Shown one piece after another: positions 56,371 through 64,000 of a stretch of 64,000 nucleotides of DNA. The stretch covers positions 1 to 64,000 of the forward strand of contig CAVTET010000012.1 of the NCBI GenBank assembly GCA_963733675.1, given 5' to 3'. Source of the stretch: an uncultured Methanosarcinaceae archaeon (GTDB lineage Archaea > Halobacteriota > Methanosarcinia > Methanosarcinales > Methanosarcinaceae). Each line of letters opens with the position of its first letter. The first letter of the stretch is position 1. The position numbers and the translations under genes are program-made. Under the pieces are notes generated by a model. The model did not search any database. It was not told where the DNA came from and worked only from the letters and a program-made list of their open reading frames with translations.

Positions 56371-56946
56371 CTCGAAAATTGTATTGCAGATATTGATTAA
56401 GTTTTAAAGTATATAAAATCTTTCTTTGGATGTTGCCTGTAGTTATTGTTTTATGTAAAATTTCACCTAAATATGAGGGTTTGTAAACCAAATTTGTCCC
56501 TATTTTTGGCTACATGGGAAATATTTAAATATTTATATCTTATTAGAAATTTAATTCAAAGTAGTTCCTGAAAGTGATTCTGGAATACATTTTGTTTGTT
56601 ATCATATTATACATTTGGAAGAAAATCTCGAAAGCATAAGCTTTACATGTTAAAACTCATTATGGTTATTAAATTTCGTCATGCACTCTAAGTGGTTGAT
56701 ATTTGATAACCGATTTCTCGAATATAGATTAAGTTTTTATTTTTATTGCTCGTAGCCAATGGGTTCGGGCTTTTCCAGGACACTGGACAAGAACTACCTA
56801 GAAATGACATTCAGATCTCATTGGAATGATATCAACCAATTAACTAAGAAACACCTATATTTTTCTAAGTATATGTTATGAAAGTATGTATCTGCCAATA
56901 ATTCGTTCTACAAATTAAAAACTTATTTTTCACGGATTTGGTCAAC

Positions 56947-57906
56947 ATGGAACATTGCACTTTCAACCTCCCGGACGTCCAGGCCAGCAAACCAAGTGTA
57001 GCTATTAACCTTACCCGCGTTGGGGTAACAAATATGAAAAAGCTTGTAGAGATAAAGCGTAAAGACAAACGTCCTATCGTTCTGATTTCAACTTTTGACG
57101 TTTTTGTTGATCTCCCCTCAGACCGGAAGGGGGCAAACCTTTCACGAAACTTTGAAGCTGTAGACGCGGTGCTTGAAAAGGTACTCAGTACACCAATATA
57201 CGAAATTGAGCAGCTTTGCAGTGATATCGCATATAATTTGCTTGGTAGGCATGAATATGCCAATCAGGCCGAAGTCCGTATGAGAAGTGAATATATGATT
57301 AGGCGCGCTTCTCCATCAACAGGGATCAAATGCCAAGAAGTTGTAAATATCTTTGCTGAAGCTTCTGCTATAAAGGGACACGGGGGTAATGGCTACTTTA
57401 ATTTAAAGAAGCTCATAGGTGCCGAAGTTGTAGGAATGACAGCTTGTCCATGCGCTCAGGAGATTATGATAGATAAAGCTGCATATGAGCTTTCAGAATT
57501 GGGAGTTGATAAGGAAACGATTCTAAAATTCTTGGAAAGGGTTCCAATGGCTACCCACAACCAACGTGGTAGGGGTATTATCTCGATCAAGGTTGCACAT
57601 AACTTTGATGTTTCTTTAGAAAGTATTATCAATATTATTGAGCGTTCCATGAGTTCCAGTGTGTTTGAGGTCTTGAAACGCGCCGATGAGAAAGTCGTTG
57701 TGGAAACTGCTCATAAGAATCCGAAATTCGTGGAAGATTGCGTAAGAACTATGGCAGATAATATCGTAAAAGACTTTCCTAATCTCCCTGATAATGCAGT
57801 AATTACTATCAAACAGACTAATGAAGAAAGCATCCACAGGCACAATGCTTTTGCCGAAAGGGTTGCACTGATGGGAGATCTTAGGATGGAAATTAGTCAA
57901 AATTAA
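56947..57906 (+). CDS. mptA: GTP cyclohydrolase IV (methanopterin biosynthesis)
   Basis: [40 protein letters not shown] and EESIHRHNA. Confidence 0.95.
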   Translation: MEHCTFNLPDVQASKPSVAINLTRVGVTNMKKLVEIKRKDKRPIVLISTFDVFVDLPSDRKGANLSRNFEAVDAVLEKVLSTPIYEIEQLCSDIAYNLLGRHEYANQAEVRMRSEYMIRRASPSTGIKCQEVVNIFAEASAIKGHGGNGYFNLKKLIGAEVVGMTACPCAQEIMIDKAAYELSELGVDKETILKFLERVPMATHNQRGRGIISIKVAHNFDVSLESIINIIERSMSSSVFEVLKRADEKVVVETAHKNPKFVEDCVRTMADNIVKDFPNLPDNAVITIKQTNEESIHRHNAFAERVALMGDLRMEISQN

Positions 57907-58257
57907 AAACGCAGCAATAAAACCCATATTTCGCAGATGGACACTAGAATGTCATTTATTTTCTCAATATGACAGTAGCTTAAATATTAATCTAACTTTA
58001 ACTGAATAATAGTGGTCAAATAGGCAAACAAATTATACATCTTTGTACATCTATTGGATGTCGGATGAAAAACATTTATATTGGACTTATTTTTTTGGAA
58101 ATTCGAAAGTTTCTGAAATATTCACTGAGTAGAAATCTTGAAGAATTCAGGCCATATAAAATTTATTAGATGGACTGGATAACCTATAATTAACTAACAA
58201 GAGGGAGGATTTTCAGGGCTTGAATACAATTGTCTTGGAAACTTTTGAGGTGAGAAC

Positions 58258-58584
58258 ATGGCTGAAGCTGACGAGATAACAACAGTAGGTAGTAACAAGA
58301 ATATAATTGAAGTGGGAGATGTTGTAAAGTACGTAAATTCCGATACTGTAAGTCGTGTGAATGACATCAAAAAGGATGAGCAGGGTACAGTGTGGGTTCT
58401 GCTCGAGAGTACCGATCTATGGTATAAGGAAGATACCCTAGAAAAAACTGCCATCAAACCTAGTGGAAATAAAGAAGAAAGGGAATTTACTGTAGATGAA
58501 CTGGAAGAAAGGTTTAGGAAAACAAGTGAAACACTCCAGGGATTTGAGCTCGGAAAAGCAGGAGGTGGAGGAGCAGGAGGTTAA
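58258..58584 (+). CDS. DUF2098-like small methanogen protein
   Basis: GAGGTGA RBS; IEVGDVVKYVNSDTV..WVLLESTDLWY..GGG tail. Confidence 0.75.
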   Translation: MAEADEITTVGSNKNIIEVGDVVKYVNSDTVSRVNDIKKDEQGTVWVLLESTDLWYKEDTLEKTAIKPSGNKEEREFTVDELEERFRKTSETLQGFELGKAGGGGAGG

Positions 58585-59158
58585 TTATTTGTATTCATTT
58601 TAACAACTTTCAGTTTTTATATTTATATTTTTCTCTTTTTTGGAAACGTTTTGTTATTTTTTCTCTCCAGATTTGAACTCTAAACCGTTCAAAATGATAC
58701 TTTTTAACTTAAATTTGATGGATCATATAAATTAATACAGTGGTTTCTTACAAAACAAAAACACTTCTTCTGCACATAAACTTCCTGAAAATGATAGAGA
58801 ATTTCGATAAACCACCGCTTTCAACAAATCGCTTACATGCGCTTTATAAGCAACCAGCCGAAAATTTGGTTTTATCGACATCTCGATAAATGCTGAAAAT
58901 CAAAAAAACAAGATTTAATTTTTAATTATATGAATAAAACAAATTTATGAGGCCCATTCTATGCATTATGAAATATATGTTTATGTCTAGTTCGGGTTTT
59001 AACATTTTTGGGGATCGCTGAAATTTACCATGAGAATTTTTATCATTTTTTAAGTTTTTAATTGATTGCGGTCAATTGCCAGTAGAATTAATGTCGAATT
59101 TTTGTGATCCCGCGAGGTATTAAAAAGTCTTTATTTTTGAAATCATTTTATTGAATCA

Positions 59159-60604
59159 CTATTTCTTATATCTTTTTTCCTGTAGCTTCATTCTTTGTGC
59201 AAGAATGCATTTCCCTCCATGGCTGCCGCCGAGAGGGTTTTGCGAAGAACCCAGAGAGTTCATACAGCGGGCCATCACAGCTGCGCCTCTGGCAAGCCCA
59301 TCATCTGCAAAAACTACCCGCTCATCTATTTTAGGAGTAAGGTTCATTTTTTTAAGGCACTGCAGAATCAGTTTGGGTTTATTTCCTGTAATGCCGGCTC
59401 TGCCAGTAATTCCGATAGTTGTATCTTCAAAAATAAGGCTCTCTTCTCTTGCGATCTCGATTAGTTTGCATACCACTCCTGCCATTACCTCGTCAATAAT
59501 AGCATAAACAACCTGAAGTCCGTGGATCTTACATATTTCCATTCCGATAGCACTAAGCTTATCCATATCTGTACCGTTTTCACCTACATCGCAGCCTATA
59601 AGTGTCACTCCTATCTGCTCGGCTGCGTCTGGCCTTACAGGCACGCTTCCATACCTCTTTCTACCCACTGGAACTTTTTCTATTATAATAAGTTCATGGA
59701 TGCGCTTTGCATAAGTTTCAATAGTTTTAGCTTTTATTTTCAAGGTAAGGAAAGAAGGTGGTTTCTGTTTCTCAAAAACTTCTAGAGCAGTCCCTACTTT
59801 GGGATCTACTATTTCCGAACCTCGAATAATCGCATCAGGAATTGCTCCTGCATAACCGCAGAAGTTTCCAATGGTTTTTGCGTACGGCAGGTCAGGGCTT
59901 GTGATTCTGCCGTCAAGAGTAGTACCGAAATCGATCGAAATACATGGGTTCCTAAAATCTACATCTGTAAGTTTAGCTGCTTCCTTAATTCCTGCTGTCG
60001 CAAGCTCCCCCTCCATTTCATTTGCAACAATTTCAACACCAGTTGAGCCTATAGGTGGGATTACTCCGGCTACAGCTCCATCAAAGATTACTTTATCCAG
60101 TTTGCTGTATTTCTGGAGCTTTTGAACGATATTTGAAATAGACATCGGAGGTGTCATATTTTTTGGTGGGACCCCTGCCATAAGACAGCCATCTGCCAGA
60201 CCTTTGATGAATTCACCAACTTCATCGGGGGAATCGAAACCTGCAACTATACCAGTGGAGCGGACAACGAAGTTCAGATCAGTTTTTATATCCAGGTTAG
60301 CTTTTTCCATAGATTCAGTTAGGGTGGCGCGCACTAGATCTGCGACGGACTCACGAGTAAGTTCCACACCTGTAAGCGTCTTCCCAAATACGACTTCACT
60401 GGATTTTGGAGGACGGACATCTCTTGTCATCCTAACGATTTTATTTATTATATGGGTCCTGCAAGTATCCATATTGGTAGCTGTAAGGATAGATTTGGTT
60501 GTAGTGTTTCCGACTTCTACGGAAGCTACTATAAAGAAAGGTTTTGACTTAAGATCAATTAAGCGAACATGAGGAGATTCTGTAATTCTTGGTTTCATAG
60601 CCAT
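59159..60604 (-). CDS. Methanogenesis marker protein 14
   Basis: VASVEVGNTTTKSILTATN, RSTGIVAGF, SIDFGTTLDGR and DDGLARGAAVMARCMNSLG. Confidence 0.9.
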   Translation of the reverse strand: MAMKPRITESPHVRLIDLKSKPFFIVASVEVGNTTTKSILTATNMDTCRTHIINKIVRMTRDVRPPKSSEVVFGKTLTGVELTRESVADLVRATLTESMEKANLDIKTDLNFVVRSTGIVAGFDSPDEVGEFIKGLADGCLMAGVPPKNMTPPMSISNIVQKLQKYSKLDKVIFDGAVAGVIPPIGSTGVEIVANEMEGELATAGIKEAAKLTDVDFRNPCISIDFGTTLDGRITSPDLPYAKTIGNFCGYAGAIPDAIIRGSEIVDPKVGTALEVFEKQKPPSFLTLKIKAKTIETYAKRIHELIIIEKVPVGRKRYGSVPVRPDAAEQIGVTLIGCDVGENGTDMDKLSAIGMEICKIHGLQVVYAIIDEVMAGVVCKLIEIAREESLIFEDTTIGITGRAGITGNKPKLILQCLKKMNLTPKIDERVVFADDGLARGAAVMARCMNSLGSSQNPLGGSHGGKCILAQRMKLQEKRYKK

Positions 60605-61219
60605 TTTTGATCCTTCCTGAGAATATGGGCGTAGATGAATTTAGAGATGGAATTTTTTGTAATATTTATTCAAAGAAATTCAGACTTATTTGTAGGTTGT
60701 TCGAACTTAATTCGAATCAGATGGATAAATCTAGTTTAAATATTTTATTGAGTCGCTAAAATTTCCCATTAAATCTGCTATCAATTGGCTTTAATCAATC
60801 AAAAACCAGAAAATTATAAAAAGGGTAGCATGCACAATTTTCTGTAAAATCTGCTATATACCTTTAGATCTTCTTTTTTGATTACTGTTCCATTACTATA
60901 TACTTGTTTCGCGTTATTCAGTCTTCATTTATATCGATGAGTATTCAGGCTGCTAGTCTCAATACTAATTTCTCATTAGGAAATCCCCATCAATTCTCTT
61001 CTTTTTTTAGTTTTTTGTTAATCCTTTCCATCATATTTGTTGTTCTTATTACAGTCGAATACCTTGCAGCTTGTTGTAGTGATTGAAACAGCCCAAATAA
61101 CTTTTATTAACTAACTAATTTGTACTTTAGATAATTTCGATGAACTTCAGATTTAAATAAATTAATTATATATACTTTATATACAACCGGCTAAAAATTG
61201 GAGTTTCTCGAAATTCTCT

Positions 61220-61640
61220 CTGGAATATTATGGAAATCAACAGAAATTTCTTGAACTTAGTTTTAAGATCCATTATCTTAAAAATGCCATCATTTATTTT
61301 CCTAAATGAAGAAAGACTATTTCACATAATTTAATCTTATAAAAATTTAAAGAGTATGTTGTGAAAGAATTTTTGTTTTTATATTTCCTACCTTAGATCG
61401 TTGATTGTAGATTCAAGAGATTTGTAGAAGGTGTTGCAACATGAGATAAAACATTAAGAACTTCTTGATAGCTATAGTTTGCTTCATCAGGTAAAGTTAT
61501 TGTATCAAACGATGTTACATAATTAAGAAGATCAGATAGTGAGTTGACTGTATTTATACTATGAGTGAAGTTATTTTTTGTTATAATCAAACATTTAATT
61601 ACATTAAATAATTTTTTCGATAGAGATTGTAGCATGTCCT
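61220..61640 (-). mobile_element. ISH3-like transposase relic (N-terminal part)
   Basis: ANYSYQEVLNVLSHVAT..SSFRKINDGIFKIM..VDFHNIP fragments, cut off at a TCGAAATTCTCT repeat. Confidence 0.5.
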
Positions 61641-62820
61641 AAAAAAGGCTATAATATCCATTCCCTATTTTATAGAACTCATAGAAAGACTTCAATAGCC
61701 ATGGAATAGCAATAGATGCTACCGCTTCCCTTGAAGATATATTTCCTGATTTTTGTTTATATGGACACAGGTCTTCAGTGTTTTTCTTGACCGGTTAATA
61801 ACCACCAAACAATCCATCAGTATTCATCTAAGACATACTAGAGGAGAGCTGGCACAGCTCCTCTGTCTTTACCATTTATTTGGGCATATCAGACCTTGCT
61901 TCATACACATAACAATCGTACCGAATCTTTTCAGTTTCTAAACCATCTCTACAAATGGAATAAGATACCGTCACTAAAATGCAAAAAGGTTCATACGGCC
62001 TTTTCTTCACTTGATGTGCTGGAATCCTTAAAATGTGACTCTTTAACATGGCACACTTCAACAATGACAGAATTAGAGCATTGATAAAGCTATGGGATTA
62101 AATTTGAAAATTAAGATAGCATTAAAATCCAGAAAGAAAGGTTTAAAGTTATTCTGAAAGACGGACAAGAACATGTCTTCAAGATTAGTGATTTTGACGA
62201 ACATAGGAGTTCTTCTTACAATTTTTGCAATTATCTACAGCTTTAAAATCTGGTATATTATTTGATGTAGATGGCAGCGCAAGAGGCTTGTCAACTATTT
62301 TCCTGATTATTCTGATGATACTAAATAAATATTCAATAGAACTGTAGACAAATGGTAAATTAAAGCTCAGCATTTTACATGACTAATTTGAAAAAGTATT
62401 CTAGCTGGTAAAAATTACTGAGGTTCAGATGTATGACTTTGACAGAGAATTTAAGGCTTAAAACTCCAAATAAATAAAAAAGTTCTTTTGAGCGAGTCAA
62501 ATAACATCTTGATGTAGAAGCGAAATTCGGTTGAGATAGAAGACTTGAGACTTCAAATAAATAAATCGTTCTCCTGAGAGGGAGAAATAAACTAAAAAGG
62601 GCATCTGCAATTATTTTTTAGTTGGCCTGATCGAAGTTTGGTCGCAGTGTCATTTAATAGTTCTCTTGAACGAGCGAATTGAGTGAAAAGTACCTGTATT
62701 TCTGAATCAAAACTTGGTAGCTCAATTTGGGAGATGAATATATATTTATTCATTAACCTGTTTCTATTATGCAGTACTAATGACATTCTATTCAAGATTA
62801 CTCTGTTTTTGAGGAATTTT

Positions 62821-63102
62821 ATGATCACAAAAGAAGATGTAGAACATATTGGTTGGCTTGCTCGTATTGACATCAATGAGCAGGAAAAGGTCGAATTCAT
62901 GGAAAAACTTAACTCAGTATTAGAATACTTCGGACAGCTGGATGAATTGCCAACCGAAAATATAATCCCCACTTATCATGTAGCTGAGATTTATAATGTG
63001 TTCAGGGAGGATGTGATAGAAGAGTGCCTCCCACAGGAAATTGTTCTCGCAAATACCGAATATAAGCAGGATGGGGCTTTCAGGGTTCCTAAAATTGGCT
63101 GA
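62821..63102 (+). CDS. gatC: Asp/Glu-tRNA amidotransferase subunit C
   Basis: GAGG RBS; MITKEDVEHIGWLARI...NVFRED...FRVPKI; directly upstream of gatA. Confidence 0.95.
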   Translation: MITKEDVEHIGWLARIDINEQEKVEFMEKLNSVLEYFGQLDELPTENIIPTYHVAEIYNVFREDVIEECLPQEIVLANTEYKQDGAFRVPKIG

Positions 63103-63114
63103 GGAGATGTTTTG

Positions 63115-64000
63115 ATGGCAAAGTGGATGAGTGTTGCACAGGTTAAAGATCAAATTGAAGAAAGCTCAGCCGAAGAAGTAATATCCAGCTACCTAGAAGT
63201 TATAAGAAAGAGCAAAATTAATGGCTATATATCAGTTTCTGAAAAAGCTATTGAGCAGGCAAAAAAAATAGATAATGAAGGGCAAGACGGTCTTCTTGCA
63301 GGTGTACCAATCGCAATAAAGGATAATATTTCCGTAAAGGGGCTCCCAAATAGCTGTGGTTCGAGAATCCTTGAGGGCTATATTCCACCATTCGATGCCC
63401 ATGTTGTAGAAAAGCTTCTTGTTGCGGGCGCCGTAATCCTTGGGAAAACAAATATGGATGAATTTGCAATGGGATCCTCTACGGAAACCAGCTATTTTGG
63501 ACCTACTGCAAATCCCTGGGACCTTGAAAGGGTACCTGGAGGATCTTCTGGAGGCAGTGCAGCTGTTGTTGCAGCAGGAGAAGCACCTTTTGCACTTGGT
63601 TCTGATACTGGCGGATCTGTACGCTGCCCTGCGGCTTTCTGCGGCGTTGTTGGGCTTAAACCAACCTATGGGATAGTTTCTAGGTATGGAGTGATTGCTT
63701 ATGCAAATTCCCTCGAACAGGTAGGTCCTCTTGCGAACAACGTGGAAGATATCGCAATTCTCATGGATGTTATTGCAGGCTATGACCGCAGAGATTCTAC
63801 TTCAATTGACAGAAAAATAGCATATCAGAAAGCTTTGGTTAACGATGTAAAAGGTCTGAAGATAGGGATTCCAAAAGAGTTTTTTGGAGAAGGTATTCAC
63901 TCAGATGTTGAAAAGGCGGTATGGAATTCTATACACAAATATGAAAGTCTTGGAGCGACCTGGGAAGAGGTTTCAATGCCCAATATAAAGTATGCTCTTG
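63115..64000 (+). CDS. gatA: Asp/Glu-tRNA amidotransferase subunit A (runs off the window)
   Basis: [46 protein letters not shown] and GLKPTYG amidase signature. Confidence 0.96.
   Translation, partial: MAKWMSVAQVKDQIEESSAEEVISSYLEVIRKSKINGYISVSEKAIEQAKKIDNEGQDGLLAGVPIAIKDNISVKGLPNSCGSRILEGYIPPFDAHVVEKLLVAGAVILGKTNMDEFAMGSSTETSYFGPTANPWDLERVPGGSSGGSAAVVAAGEAPFALGSDTGGSVRCPAAFCGVVGLKPTYGIVSRYGVIAYANSLEQVGPLANNVEDIAILMDVIAGYDRRDSTSIDRKIAYQKALVNDVKGLKIGIPKEFFGEGIHSDVEKAVWNSIHKYESLGATWEEVSMPNIKYAL

Noticed and set aside
61650-62400. Short ORFs in coding-like DNA
   Set aside because: No recognisable motif in any frame; probably an unidentifiable relic.
62683-62820. N-terminal extension of gatC in the ORF track (similarly for the decarboxylase, OYE and anfO ORFs)
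   Set aside because: RBS position and family N-termini support the downstream starts.

Overview
AT-rich archaeal chromosomal segment, almost certainly Methanosarcina (MC1 chromatin protein, mptA, methanogenesis marker 14, gatCA, YVTN surface protein, MM0924-type gene). About 1-54 kb is an accessory region in heavy decay, with roughly 20 pseudogenes or fragments, four IS6 copies, an IS6-ended MITE, IS5 and ISH3 relics and several short repeat families. About 54-64 kb is mostly intact core genes (argB, MC1, mptA, marker 14, gatC, gatA). The most notable structures are: (i) a ruined Fe-only nitrogenase locus (anfK and nifI1 relics) whose accessory genes anfO, anf3-like, nifX-like and modA remain intact; (ii) an intact tyrosine integrase followed by an unlisted CopG/RHH gene and an iteron-like array, resembling an integrated plasmid relic; (iii) a family of palindrome-bearing element ends and a MITE; (iv) an IS6 transposase whose only lesion is an in-frame amber codon; (v) a secreted NlpC/P60 peptidase in a host without peptidoglycan. 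No CRISPR array, rRNA or tRNA was seen. Family assignments come from recalled motifs, not database searches.
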